Source: a virus
Length of the DNA stretch: 64,000 bases
IMG/VR virus record: IMGVR_UViG_3300035698_005189
Span: 34,095 to 98,094 of that record
Direction: 5' to 3' (one strand)
Part shown: in pieces, positions 54,019-64,000 of the stretch
How the letters are laid out: every line of letters starts with the position of its first letter
Numbering within the stretch: the first letter of the stretch is position 1
The notes under the pieces: model-generated
The model's database searches: none
What the model was told of the DNA's origin: nothing
The model's input: the letters and a program-made list of their open reading frames with translations, nothing else
Position numbers and translations under genes: made by a program

Positions 54019-55383
54019 TTAGATGACCTCGATGTTAGCGAGCGTGATGCGCGCCAGTTCGCCGTCACCGATGGTCACGTTGGCGGCTGGGGTTGCGAAG
54101 GTGACGTCGTAGACACCAGGGACGGCCTTAGCGAGTCGGATCAGCTCCGACAGGACGATATCGCCGTTGATCCCGAGGCCGTTGATATACCTCGAGATGG
54201 CAGCCGCGACGGCGACCTGAAGGGCGGACAGGTAGTAACCTGTGAGGGGGACAATGGTACACGATACTACCTGCTGGAGGACCACGGGCGGGAGCACGGC
54301 GCAGGCGATGCCGGCGGCCCGGTATCCGGGGTAGTTGGTCGGGTCGGACGGGTCGCCGTCCTCGATCTTCTGGACCTCAGCCAGCAAGCCGACCCACCAG
54401 GAGTATTCGACGTCGACGGCGTCGAGTGCCGTGAGGCCGGCTGGGTAGATCGTGGGGTCGAGCGTGATGAGTGAGCGCGGGCGATAGAGGGTGTAGTCTA
54501 CACCCTCGACCAGAGTCACAGCGTTCACGCGGAAGGTGACCACGGTTCCCGGGACGGTTGGCTTGTTGGCGAATGACATGCGGACCTCGCCGCCGCCGGC
54601 AGCTGCCAGGATCACCTCTGGGGAGCCGTAGTTGTCCTCGACATGCTCGATGGTCCCGGCCCCGTCGTCGACGTAGATATCGAACGACCCGACATACTCG
54701 ACCACCTCAGCCGACACTACCCGCCCGTATCCGTCCAGGCTGGCGAGGAAGGCGGCGTACTTGACGGCTTCGACGACACCCCGGGGGAGGGAGCGCACAT
54801 AGGCCCGGATACGGGATCTGAAGTCGGGGTCCGACTCTTCGTCGAGCCCACCAGTGGCGGCGGTCGGGTTTGTCCCGCCGGTGATACCTGAGATGGGGTC
54901 GATCTCGGTGATGGTGCCAGCGTCGGCGTTGGAGGCCAGCCCTGCCTCTGACGCCACGATACCGACAGGCGCGGTGACAGAGAGACCGGCTACCATGGTG
55001 GCGATAGCCGTCGTTACGAACTCGGCCCCGTCATCCGGAACGCGAACCTTCCAGCCGGCGGGGATATTGATGGTCCCGACGATGCCTGGTCGCGTGAAGG
55101 TGTAGGTGGCGGACGACTCCACAGCCCCAATCCGCTCCACTTCGTCTGGGTTGTAGTCCATCCCACGCTCGTCGAGGTCGTCTCCGACAGCCGTGTCGAT
55201 ATCCCAAGTCCTCTGGAGGCGACCGGCCTGGAAGTTGACGTCGTCGAGTTCTCGGGCAGTAGCGGTGAGGGCGGTGTGAATGCCACCACCTGGCTCGAGG
55301 TCGGTGAGGGTTGACCGGGCCACCACGCGGGAGGCCATTCGTCTGAGGATGCCTGCGTAGGTCTTGGGTTCGAATCGCGACAT
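54019..55383 (-). CDS. Baseplate J/gp47-like protein
   Basis: AVGDDLDERG, GGLDEESDPDFRSR, YINGLGINGD, VPGVYDV. Confidence 0.9.
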   Translation of the reverse strand: MSRFEPKTYAGILRRMASRVVARSTLTDLEPGGGIHTALTATARELDDVNFQAGRLQRTWDIDTAVGDDLDERGMDYNPDEVERIGAVESSATYTFTRPGIVGTINIPAGWKVRVPDDGAEFVTTAIATMVAGLSVTAPVGIVASEAGLASNADAGTITEIDPISGITGGTNPTAATGGLDEESDPDFRSRIRAYVRSLPRGVVEAVKYAAFLASLDGYGRVVSAEVVEYVGSFDIYVDDGAGTIEHVEDNYGSPEVILAAAGGGEVRMSFANKPTVPGTVVTFRVNAVTLVEGVDYTLYRPRSLITLDPTIYPAGLTALDAVDVEYSWWVGLLAEVQKIEDGDPSDPTNYPGYRAAGIACAVLPPVVLQQVVSCTIVPLTGYYLSALQVAVAAAISRYINGLGINGDIVLSELIRLAKAVPGVYDVTFATPAANVTIGDGELARITLANIEVI

Positions 55384-55384
55384 A

Positions 55385-57151
55385 CTAAACCACCGCTGCA
55401 GTGAGGGGAATGGCCACCGCAGACCCGATGGGTATAACGTCCACATCGATGGCGAAGGAGTCAGCGTCGTCGGCCACTGTCACAAGGCCGATCCTCGCTA
55501 CGCGGGGGTCGCCAAGTATGGCCGTTCTGACGTCGAGGGAGAGAGTCGTCCAGAAGGCCTGGCTGGCGATGGCTCCCACCGCTCGGCGGACCCCGAAGGC
55601 TGGAGCCAGCGGCATCGCACCGCGCTCCGTCCAGAGGCGCATCTGGAGGGCCTGGGCCAGGTTGTCGACTCCGGTTGAGAAGGCGACATCCCGGTGGGTC
55701 TTGGGGTCCACCTTGAGGTCGACCTCCGGGCGGCCTGGCCTCGAGCGATGCGTCTCGACGTAGGAGAAGTCCACACCGAGCTGGTCCTGGTCCGGCCCAC
55801 CAGCCCAGGCAACGGAGGCGGCTGGCGTGTCGGAGGTCTTCGGGATGGACAGGGTACTGCCGGGGCCCAGCGTACCGGGTGCGCCGGTGCTGGATATGTA
55901 CGGATACTCGAGCCCGTTCACGATGACCAGCTCGTACCACCGGGCGGCCTCGCCCATCTGGCGGGCAGCTACCGACTGGAGGGTGTCGCCAGCGCGGAGG
56001 GTGTAGCGGAAGGTGGAGCCCCAGGCCGGGTAGTCTCGGCGGGTACCCACAGCCCCAGCCTCGAGCCGGTCGGCGTCGGTGGCGCGGGGCGCGGTGGACT
56101 CCATATCGGCCAGGCTGGTTGATGGACCCGAGAGGGCGGCGGCGGTGAGTTCGGAGGTTGGTGTGGAAGCCGGCCCAGCCTCCGCCCGGTCAAGGGACGC
56201 GATCTCTTCGTCTGTGTTGACCCGGAAGGCTGAGGCTGAGATGATCGCGTCTACCCCGTCTCCCGCGTCCAGGGCGAGCGCCCTGACAGAGGCGAAGGCT
56301 TCGTCATCATCGAGTAGGGCAACGAAGGCGTCGAGGGCGACCTGGGCGTCGGCCAGGAGGTCGCGGATCGAGTCGAGGGTGGAGACGCCGCCGTCGATGA
56401 AGTCCTGCGCCGACGATACGACCTGCTGGCAGAGGGTGAAGACCGTATCCACGGTCGCTACCGCGTATCGGATCTCGCCGAGCACCGCGCTACACTCCTG
56501 TACGAATGAGGCCACCAGGGCGACCCCGAACTGGACCGCAGCCACGGCGTCGGACAGCCAACCCAGGAGAGACGACGCGGGCTCAGGGATCACGATCTTA
56601 TCGGCTTCCCCAATCCCCTTCATATGGAACTCGTACGGATACTGCATCCGACGCGCCGTCTGGCGGTCCACGTTGATGACCTCTGGCACTACGACCCAGT
56701 GATCGTCGGTCTTCAGGTCATGCCAGACAAGGTAGGTGCCGTCCGCTGTGAGCGGGTCGGACTTGAGGCCTGCGTAGGCAAGAAACACGTTGCGGATCAG
56801 GCGTCGGGTCCACCACGGCCCCGACAGGGCTGCGCCTGGTGCGGGCTCTGGCAGGTAGGTCGTGTCGTAGCCGGTCTTCGGCTGGAGACCAAACGTGCCG
56901 GCGACAGAGATCTCGGTCCAGAGCAGGCCGCGTTCCTCAGCAATGACTCCACCCAGCGTAGGGGTGAGGGACTGGCGGAGGACGTGGCTGATGTGGAGGG
57001 ACTCTGGGCCCACTGGGAGGACGAACACGCCTCCACCATCGAGCGGGTTCGGCGTCACGATCTCGAGGGCGTACGGGAACTCCCCGACATACCAGGAGTC
57101 ACCTGTGGCACGGCGTCTGGAGATCTCTCGTACTTGTTCGACGAATCCCAT
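55385..57151 (-). CDS. Tail-tube-initiator-like + LysM + gp25-like baseplate fusion protein
   Basis: LysM YTLRAGDTLQSVAARQMG...WYELVIVNGL; gp25-like GVDNLAQALQMRLWTERG...PAFG...DPRV. Confidence 0.75.
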   Translation of the reverse strand: MGFVEQVREISRRRATGDSWYVGEFPYALEIVTPNPLDGGGVFVLPVGPESLHISHVLRQSLTPTLGGVIAEERGLLWTEISVAGTFGLQPKTGYDTTYLPEPAPGAALSGPWWTRRLIRNVFLAYAGLKSDPLTADGTYLVWHDLKTDDHWVVVPEVINVDRQTARRMQYPYEFHMKGIGEADKIVIPEPASSLLGWLSDAVAAVQFGVALVASFVQECSAVLGEIRYAVATVDTVFTLCQQVVSSAQDFIDGGVSTLDSIRDLLADAQVALDAFVALLDDDEAFASVRALALDAGDGVDAIISASAFRVNTDEEIASLDRAEAGPASTPTSELTAAALSGPSTSLADMESTAPRATDADRLEAGAVGTRRDYPAWGSTFRYTLRAGDTLQSVAARQMGEAARWYELVIVNGLEYPYISSTGAPGTLGPGSTLSIPKTSDTPAASVAWAGGPDQDQLGVDFSYVETHRSRPGRPEVDLKVDPKTHRDVAFSTGVDNLAQALQMRLWTERGAMPLAPAFGVRRAVGAIASQAFWTTLSLDVRTAILGDPRVARIGLVTVADDADSFAIDVDVIPIGSAVAIPLTAAVV

Positions 57152-57173
57152 GAGGTACCACCCGGGTATCGGG

Positions 57174-57808
57174 TCAGAAGCTGTCCATCCCAATATAGCA
57201 GACCCCAATCGACTGTGCGACGGCGTCCTGGCATACGGCATAGGCGATGACTGTCAGTGTATTGACAGTCGGGTAGTTGGCGGCGAGTGTCACCCACGGA
57301 CTCCAGGCACCAAGACCAGCAATACTCACCGGGAGGGCACGGAACCGATACGACGTCACAGCGTCTCCATCGATCTCGATCATGTAGGATGTATTGAAGG
57401 CGGGAGCGATGGAAAGGGCAGCCGTCAGTTGGGCGGCCCCGTCGCCTACGGACGCAGTCAGGTAGGTGTCCGTACCCGACACGAACCTGATGCAGGCGTG
57501 CTCCTGGGTGTACGCCGCTGCCTGTGTCGGGTCGTTGAGGTACCGACCGAACCCGACCCAGTAGGTCGTAACAGTGACATCCCAGAACTTGATCATAGCG
57601 TGGAGACGTGGCCTGACACGACCAGTCACCAGGGGCCAGCCCAGCCGCCAGAGCCCGTCGTGGTCTACCCCACCACCAGCCAGGACCTCTGCGATGGTAT
57701 TCCAGAGCTTCTCAGTCACGTCATCCGATATGAGCTTGTAGCCCGGACCCAGGAAGGTCAGGGCGGCGGTGTGGAGACGACCGGCTACGGTTGGCGAGAG
57801 GCAGCCAT
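57174..57808 (-). CDS. Virion protein (apparent 1-nt deletion near start)
   Basis: ATG 57808 joins ORF 57174..57719 on restoring one C. Confidence 0.55.
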
Positions 57809-58723
57809 GTCTACTCCGACTCTATGCGGTGGAGGCGTACGACGGGAGGCAGTCTGAAGGTCGGTCAGGGCTACGATTGGGAACCCGATAGAGCTGAGGG
57901 ACGGCCCAAGCTCAGCAAGGAAGGCGACCATGGTAGATAGGATATCGGCCTTGACCAGGGCGACCGGGGCTCCGCCTGCCGTCACGGACAACTTAGCAGT
58001 GTCACTGACTTCGATGGTCACAGCCCCCTTGTCGGTGACGGTGAACTGACCGCCATCCGTCTGGATGCCGACTGAGCCGCCGGGTCCTACTACTACGCTC
58101 AGGTGTCCACCGCCGACGGCGACCTCGTCCCCGTCAGCGCCAATCTCACCAGCCGACTGAGCGGACAGGTTGAGTGTGAGGGTGCTATCGTCGGCCACCG
58201 TGATGCGGTTGCCCCTGATCCAGCGCTCGAGGACCGGAAGGTCGGCATCGGTGGACGTCGGCCGCCGCTTGGTCTTGGGGTGTGGCAGCTGGCCCAGGAT
58301 CACAGGCAGCCGGAAGTCGCCTGCCACGAAGCCGACGAGTACGATATCACCGTCCAGATTCACAGCCTGACTGGCCGATGGGCCTGACAGCTCCATGTCA
58401 CGCCCAGACAGGTCGACGGTCGCTGCGCGCGGCTTCCAGGCGGTGTGGTCGTTCAGACCACCCGAACCAGACAGCAGGGGGACGTCGCGTAGGACGGTCC
58501 GGGTGTAGCCTGCTTCGAACACAAGGATGTCGCAGGTTATGCCGGGGTTCGCCGCCTCCGGGATGTCCTTTCGGTCTGGGCGGTCGTCAGGCAGGTAGAC
58601 TGCGATGACCACTCCCCGCAGCATGAGCCCTGTCACGTCACGGGAGCCTCCCTGTGCGGCTCGCCCCTTGGCGTGGTGCGAGAGCGCCTCTGGTGGAGGG
58701 TTGGGGGTGCGGCGGGCCCTCAT
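57785..58723 (-). CDS. Baseplate spike / gpV-like protein
   Basis: GDIVLVGFVAGDFRLPVILG OB-fold motif then beta-repeat; 3' end probably error-affected. Confidence 0.75.
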   Translation of the reverse strand: MRARRTPNPPPEALSHHAKGRAAQGGSRDVTGLMLRGVVIAVYLPDDRPDRKDIPEAANPGITCDILVFEAGYTRTVLRDVPLLSGSGGLNDHTAWKPRAATVDLSGRDMELSGPSASQAVNLDGDIVLVGFVAGDFRLPVILGQLPHPKTKRRPTSTDADLPVLERWIRGNRITVADDSTLTLNLSAQSAGEIGADGDEVAVGGGHLSVVVGPGGSVGIQTDGGQFTVTDKGAVTIEVSDTAKLSVTAGGAPVALVKADILSTMVAFLAELGPSLSSIGFPIVALTDLQTASRRTPPPHRVGVDMAASRQP

Positions 58724-60246
58724 GTCGGCTCACCTTCTACGGCGTAGGTAATGGCCGCCTCGCCCCACTCGATGACGTCGTCTGGCGGCTGCGGGTCGCC
58801 ACCGGAGGACCCGGCGAGGGCGAGGTTGGAGAAGCCAGCCACCTTGGCGGCCAGGTCGCTCAGGAGCGCCACGTCAGGGTATCCCCGACTTACTGAGAGG
58901 GTAGTCGAGCACTCCGGGGTCGGACCGTCAATCATGCTGTGAGACACGCCTTCGACGTAGAAGGTCAGGGAGTACTCGCCTCGTACGCCGTCCTTTTCCG
59001 GGAACCCGGTGTAGCCTGCCGGGGTCGGACCGACGAAGCGGACCCGCTCGCCGATCTGAATGTCGGGCCTCAGCTCGCCTATGTTGATGGACCCGGCCCA
59101 CTGCCGATGGTTCAGTGCGTTCCAGCACACGACAAGGTCAAGCCAGCCCTTGTACTCGAGGCCGAAGCCGACGTTACCGTAGTCCCCGTCGATGTAGACG
59201 GTCTCTTCGACCAGCCGGTGGAGTCCGAAGCGCCTCACGTCGTCGAGGTGAGCGGTCGGGATGTAGATCATATTGGCATCGCCGGCCAGGGCTGTCGCCT
59301 GCGTGCCTGTCAGGGTGACGTGGTTCACGCGGTTGCGCCCCACAGCTACGGAGACGCCTGTCGTAGTCCGCCAGTCCACGACCCTGGTGGGGAGGTTGAA
59401 CCATGGGCCTCCGTCCGGGTCGGTCAGGTTCGGGAACGGCCGCTCGCGCATGACGAGATACAGCTTCCTGACGCGGGGGTCCCGGCTGTGTACGACAAAC
59501 ATCTCGTTGAGCACCGGGTTCCGCCAGGTGTCAGCCAGGGTCCAGAGGTTCGCGTCACCAGGCTCGAAGAGGCCTGGGTTGTCCACGAGCCCCTTGAGCG
59601 TCCCGACACCAGTCTCCCAGTCCATGAGCTGATGCCAGAACTCAACCGATTCGCCGACCAGGGTGGGCGGGATCTCCCACAGGCCGCCGAGGTTACGAAC
59701 ACTGGGGAGCCCTCCGGTGAGGCCCTTCATGAGGGCCACGACGAGGCAGTCGGGCGTGCCGGCGGGAGCCCCCAGGACGTCGATCATGTCACGCCCCGAG
59801 ATGTTATCGGCTACGGGGTCGGCGGGGTTGAAGTAGACTGGAGTATCCTCGAGGACCGCTGCACCATCACGTCCTGAGATCAGGACACCGGTCGTACCGG
59901 CGCCTGTCCCACCTGGGGCCAGGGTGACTGAGACGTCGTCGACCATGCCGATGGTGAGGCAAGTCTGATGGCCGTTCTTGTCGACGTCCACTGTCGCCCA
60001 ATCGCCCTGCTTTACGGCGTCCGACCAGGCCCCCCCTCGGGCGTCCCCAGCCGAGACCCGGGGGCCTTCCATCGTGACCGACCACTGGCCGGATGGGCTC
60101 AGTATCGACTTCGAGGCGGAGATGGCTGTCACGCCGGAGGACGGGGGCCTCCCGGCCTGACGCTCGTACGTCTTGATCCTCCTGGCGTCCCAGGTGTGGA
60201 ACTCCACGAGGGGGATGGTCGTATTTGACCGGCGGGAGCCGCTCAT
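58720..60246 (-). CDS. Baseplate hub protein
   Basis: Follows TMP; ISGRD...L, RFGL, RPDIQIGER, FYVEGVSH...TTLSVSRG. Confidence 0.75.
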   Translation of the reverse strand: MSGSRRSNTTIPLVEFHTWDARRIKTYERQAGRPPSSGVTAISASKSILSPSGQWSVTMEGPRVSAGDARGGAWSDAVKQGDWATVDVDKNGHQTCLTIGMVDDVSVTLAPGGTGAGTTGVLISGRDGAAVLEDTPVYFNPADPVADNISGRDMIDVLGAPAGTPDCLVVALMKGLTGGLPSVRNLGGLWEIPPTLVGESVEFWHQLMDWETGVGTLKGLVDNPGLFEPGDANLWTLADTWRNPVLNEMFVVHSRDPRVRKLYLVMRERPFPNLTDPDGGPWFNLPTRVVDWRTTTGVSVAVGRNRVNHVTLTGTQATALAGDANMIYIPTAHLDDVRRFGLHRLVEETVYIDGDYGNVGFGLEYKGWLDLVVCWNALNHRQWAGSINIGELRPDIQIGERVRFVGPTPAGYTGFPEKDGVRGEYSLTFYVEGVSHSMIDGPTPECSTTLSVSRGYPDVALLSDLAAKVAGFSNLALAGSSGGDPQPPDDVIEWGEAAITYAVEGEPT

Positions 60247-62108
60247 TTCCCACGCTTCCAGTCCCACGCGCTGGCTGTCGCTGCGTCGAGGCCGGCTGTG
60301 AACTCGTCCAGGCTGTCTGTGACCTTACGAAGCACAGGCCCACCGAGGTTGTCGAAGGTGGCAGCCATGTTGTTAGTCGTACGCTCGAGGGCTTGCATGG
60401 ACCCGGCCATCTTGGCCCCGATCGCGGCCCGCTCGCCCTCGATCACGGCTTCAGCGACCTTGGACCCTCCCTCGGCTGCCTGGAGCCTACGACCGGCGTC
60501 AACCGTCTGCTGGCGGGTTAGCGATAGCGGCGCACCGATGTTCTGACCGAGGGCGGTACCCAGGTCGGCCCCTTCGACCTGACCCAGGTCGACACCAAGC
60601 TTGGAGTAGACTCGCTGCCGAACGTAGGACTGCTTCTCGCGCGACATACTGTCGAGCCCGAGGCCCTTGTCGAACTCACCCATGAGGCTGGCCGCGAAGC
60701 CAGGGTCCTGCAGGTCGTATGCTGCCTTGTAGTAGGACTCGGGGTCGGCGGGGTCCCAGCCTGCGGCCCGCATGAGGCGGAGTCGCATGGGGTCGGAGCC
60801 CCCTCCGCCTCGAGCCATGTCGCCGGCACCAGCCCCGAACTGCGATACGATAGTCCCGACCCGACGAGCCTGGATCACTCCGCCTGACAGCTTGTTTTCA
60901 GCCCCCAGGTACGCCTCGAGATCGAACGTACCACCACGAGCCGCCGTGGAGGCTACGGAGTCCGTGATAGACGAAAGGTAGTCTACGAGCACAGAACCGT
61001 TTAGGCCCCGCATAACGGCCCGACCGATGACATCGGCGGTTTCGTCTGCGTTGCCTTCGTTCCCGGCCCAACCCAGCTGACCCGAGAGCCTGGCGGTCGC
61101 GTCACCGCCGATCCCGAACACGTTCTTGGCTGCGAGGCCGTACTCAAAGGCCTGGGTACCGATCGGCCCGGCGTAAGCCTGCGACATGGAGGACGCCTGC
61201 GCCATCGCTTCGACAGGACTGAGGCCGAAGCCGGCCCCCATCTGGGTGTACGATCTCAGGTCAGCTGGGCGGGTATACTGCGCGGCCTTTCCCGGGTCCC
61301 ACTCGTACCCGGCCTGGGCGCTGGTGGCCTTGACCGTCAGCGGCCCGCCAGACGTCGGCGCTGCCCGTGGGGGCGCTCGCTTGGTCAGCTGGCCGAAGAT
61401 GAGTTCATCTATGACCTGTTCGGCGTGGGCGAGGCCGCCCAAGAATCCGGAGGCCTTGGGTCCTCCAGGCGACCACCTCTCCGGGGGTTTAGCTCCGAGG
61501 GCGTAGTACTCATCTGAGGTCAGCGACTCGCTGCCCCGGCGAAAGCTACCCGGGGTCGCCTCTGATAGCTGACGTCGTCTGAATCCTACGGTGTTGGTTC
61601 CCAGGAAGGGTACGGCGTCCATCGCTGCCGACTGGTAGCCCAGGTGCGACGAGTAGGTGCCGGCTGCCGCCAGCATGGACCCTGCCGCCGCAAGGCCGAT
61701 GACAGGGACGGCCCGCATGGACATAGCGACAGCGTCCATACCAGGCATCGGGGCCTGAGGCATCGGGCCACCACCGCCACCACCGCCACCGGCGCTGCCC
61801 CCGCCGCCACCGCCACGGCTACTACCCCCAGGACCGCCTGGGCTGCCGCCAGGACCCTCTCCAATTTTGCCAGCCTCCAGACCACCGACCCGGGACCACC
61901 CGGCAGCCACGCGATCGAGTGACAGGGCCAGCCGGTCGACCTCTGCGGTGAGGTCGCGCACGAAGGAGCGGAGGCCCCTGGCCTGGTCCTCGAAGTTCCG
62001 GACGGTATCGGGAGCGAGAGCCGACTTGACGGCTTGATCGAGGTCACCGACCTCCCGAGCGTTCACTCGGACGGTCATGGTGGTGTCGATATTCTGCTGT
62101 CCAGCCAC
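60243..62108 (-). CDS. Tape measure protein
   Basis: Follows chaperones; Ala/Gly-rich helical; 621 aa. Confidence 0.7.
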   Translation of the reverse strand: MAGQQNIDTTMTVRVNAREVGDLDQAVKSALAPDTVRNFEDQARGLRSFVRDLTAEVDRLALSLDRVAAGWSRVGGLEAGKIGEGPGGSPGGPGGSSRGGGGGGSAGGGGGGGGPMPQAPMPGMDAVAMSMRAVPVIGLAAAGSMLAAAGTYSSHLGYQSAAMDAVPFLGTNTVGFRRRQLSEATPGSFRRGSESLTSDEYYALGAKPPERWSPGGPKASGFLGGLAHAEQVIDELIFGQLTKRAPPRAAPTSGGPLTVKATSAQAGYEWDPGKAAQYTRPADLRSYTQMGAGFGLSPVEAMAQASSMSQAYAGPIGTQAFEYGLAAKNVFGIGGDATARLSGQLGWAGNEGNADETADVIGRAVMRGLNGSVLVDYLSSITDSVASTAARGGTFDLEAYLGAENKLSGGVIQARRVGTIVSQFGAGAGDMARGGGGSDPMRLRLMRAAGWDPADPESYYKAAYDLQDPGFAASLMGEFDKGLGLDSMSREKQSYVRQRVYSKLGVDLGQVEGADLGTALGQNIGAPLSLTRQQTVDAGRRLQAAEGGSKVAEAVIEGERAAIGAKMAGSMQALERTTNNMAATFDNLGGPVLRKVTDSLDEFTAGLDAATASAWDWKRGK

Positions 62109-62111
62109 GGG

Positions 62112-62406
62112 TCACCTCGCGTCGAAGTCCGGGGTCTCGCCCCGGGCGATGGCTGCTTCCCACTCGTCTGCGATGGGATCTCCCGTAGCTACAGGCCCGT
62201 CGTCTACGTCGGCTGACTCATGCCTACTGGAGAAGGCGTCCAGGGCATCCCCGCCGTGAACGAGAAGGGCCGTGAGGACGTGTTGGGAGTAGTGCTCGGG
62301 AGGACGAGGCAGCTGGCCCGTCCTGGCGAGGACCATGGCGTCAGCCAGCCCCAGGGGCGTCTCCACCTCCGCTATCGCTATCACTCTTAGCGGGCGGGCT
62401 GTGAAA
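62112..62406 (-). CDS. Tail assembly chaperone extension (likely frameshift product)
   Basis: +1 frame relative to the chaperone, open from just upstream of TTT-CAC; TGDPIADEWE motif. Confidence 0.55.
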
Positions 62407-62850
62407 CCGCTCTTCGTGAGCGGTCACCTCCTCGTAGACCGCGTAGACGAGTCCGACGTCCCTGAAGGTATGGAGGTCCTTGGCCCAGGGCGGTGCCTCA
62501 TCGACGGCGACAGCCAGGTGTGCCTGGATCTCGGCAAGCTGGACCGTGGCCGCGTCGAGAGCCGATACGGGGGTGTTCCCGAGCATACGAGCACGAGTGA
62601 GGCCGACCTTGACACGATCCTGGATCGTGAGGATGTGGCAGCGGAAGCGACCATCCCACCGGTGCCCACGAGGGTCGGTGTAGCTGAGGTCCCACGAGTG
62701 CGAACTCGTGATGTCGCTGCCTCCACTGGCATCGGCTTCGGGGCCCCAAGGAGCCTCGGCCGCCAAGGCGGCTGCGGCCGGGGCGACTGGTTCGACGACA
62801 ATAGCGCCTGTGGGGGATGCCTTGGAGGCTCCCGGTCCGATTCCTGACAT
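62341..62850 (-). CDS. Tail assembly chaperone
   Basis: Between tube and TMP; AGGAGG RBS. Confidence 0.75.
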   Translation of the reverse strand: MSGIGPGASKASPTGAIVVEPVAPAAAALAAEAPWGPEADASGGSDITSSHSWDLSYTDPRGHRWDGRFRCHILTIQDRVKVGLTRARMLGNTPVSALDAATVQLAEIQAHLAVAVDEAPPWAKDLHTFRDVGLVYAVYEEVTAHEERFHSPPAKSDSDSGGGDAPGAG

Positions 62851-62860
62851 AGGGACCTCC

Positions 62861-63304
62861 TTACGAGATGTCGGACTCGTCGCGCGCCCGGATGGCGACG
62901 AAGGTCACGTTCTGGCCGACGACACCACGGGCGTTGATCTGCACGCTCTGCTCGGAGATCCGGACGGCCTCGATGTTGGCAACGATCTTACCTGTGTGGC
63001 TGTCCTCGAGGGTGGCGGAAAGCTCACCCGTATTGAGGATATTCGTCAGGTGCGTCTCTGGGCTCGTGCCCTGCTTGGCCAGGAACCCCTGGCTCTTGAG
63101 GGTCGTGCCCACGATACGCACCAGCTGCGCGGTGAGGCTGACCCGGTATCCGACAGGTGCGTGCTCGAAGGTCTGGATATTGTCGAGGACATCGATCGGC
63201 TGGTAGTCGATGGACTCCTGCATCGTGACGCCAGTCGCGTAGCCACACTTGACTCCGTCGATCGAGAAGCGGGCACGACACCCGGTGAAGACGTTGCCGG
63301 CCAT
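62861..63304 (-). CDS. Tail tube protein
   Basis: VFTGCRA..IDG..GYATGV...EHAPVGY...NVTFVA; follows sheath. Confidence 0.85.
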   Translation of the reverse strand: MAGNVFTGCRARFSIDGVKCGYATGVTMQESIDYQPIDVLDNIQTFEHAPVGYRVSLTAQLVRIVGTTLKSQGFLAKQGTSPETHLTNILNTGELSATLEDSHTGKIVANIEAVRISEQSVQINARGVVGQNVTFVAIRARDESDIS

Positions 63305-63319
63305 GGAGGCCTCCTACGA

Positions 63320-64000
63320 CTACGCGGCAGCGCTGAGGCTGACGGTGACGAGGTGAAGGGTGGTCTTGACGAAGTTGACGGGGGTCGCGGGTGCGATCTC
63401 CGCGTCCACGGTGAGGACATCGGCGTCGAGGGTGATGGTGATGTTCCGCCACGCGACGATGGCTCCGGAGTCGATCAGGAGGCCGAGCTTGGCGACAGCC
63501 ACACCAAGCGCCGCGTTCAGGGTGCCAGCGAAGCCGGTCTTGCCGACAGCGGATTCGAGGGCGGTCCTGAGTTCGAAGATGGCGAAGTTGGCTGCCTGGT
63601 TGGTCGACGCCTCGACGTAGGCGAGGTTGTCATCGATCAGGTGGGTCGTGATGTTGCGGAGCCACCTGTGGCCGACGTTCGGGACGTACTCGAGGACACA
63701 GAGCCCGGCCTGGATCAGGGCGTCGCCATCCTCTACGACAGTGTAGGACGAGTCGCCCTCTACGTCGACGAGATTCGGGTACTTGAAGGTCAGGGGCGTG
63801 CCGACCAGCGGAGCGCCTGCCTGCATACCTGCGGCGAGGCAGGCAGTGAAGGGAGGCGGGAACGACTCGGACACCCCATCGGTGTTGTAGCGGACCGTGT
63901 TCTGGATCAAGAGGCGGGCGTGCCTCGTGTTGAGCGCCTGCGCCAGGGTCTTCGCGTCTGCGAAGGTTGTGGCGGCGGGGGCTCCGAGAACGACGTCACG
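63320..64000 (-). CDS. Contractile tail sheath protein, C-terminal part
   Basis: Frame open to window end; LIQAGL, RNITT...E.S, PATPVNFV. Confidence 0.88.
   Translation of the reverse strand, partial: RDVVLGAPAATTFADAKTLAQALNTRHARLLIQNTVRYNTDGVSESFPPPFTACLAAGMQAGAPLVGTPLTFKYPNLVDVEGDSSYTVVEDGDALIQAGLCVLEYVPNVGHRWLRNITTHLIDDNLAYVEASTNQAANFAIFELRTALESAVGKTGFAGTLNAALGVAVAKLGLLIDSGAIVAWRNITITLDADVLTVDAEIAPATPVNFVKTTLHLVTVSLSAAA

Noticed and set aside
49831-64000. Tailocin / eCIS / T6SS instead of phage
   Set aside because: Contiguous and co-directional with a full phage replication module; no bacterial housekeeping context

Overview
A 64-kb fragment of a GC-rich (roughly two-thirds G+C by eye), contractile-tailed dsDNA bacteriophage. 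Essentially every real gene is on the minus strand, tightly packed with NTGA/TAATG overlaps. In transcription order (64000->1): (i) tail/baseplate module (sheath, tube, chaperone with a likely +1 frameshift, tape measure, hub, spike, LysM+gp25 fusion, baseplate J, wedge, fibre; 49.8-64 kb); (ii) replication/recombination/transcription module (two winged-helix proteins, UvsW-like helicase, DnaB, primase, CobS/CobT-like AAA+/VWA pair, sigma factor, DUF2924, family-A polymerase, UvsY-like, gp32-like SSB, RecA, SbcD/SbcC, RuvC; 25-49.5 kb); (iii) an accessory region (three DNA methyltransferases, MazG-like, NDT-fold proteins, amidase endolysin, YkgJ, MmcB-like nuclease, TOPRIM protein, DUF2786, many small ORFs) ending in a partial beta-clamp gene. 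Best candidate for an undescribed system: the SSB carries two GYF_2-like domains (a fold related to proline-rich-motif readers), while about ten non-virion proteins carry terminal Pro4-7 tags, mostly flanked by Arg/Lys, suggesting a polyproline tag/reader network organising the phage replication machinery. Also notable: RecA carries an insert resembling the phage's own endolysin peptidoglycan-binding domain; a three-copy promoter-like element with a leader hairpin; a hidden CTG-initiated Cys4 ORF between ssb and recA. Several apparent single-base deletions look like assembly errors. All family assignments are from motif recognition, not database searches.
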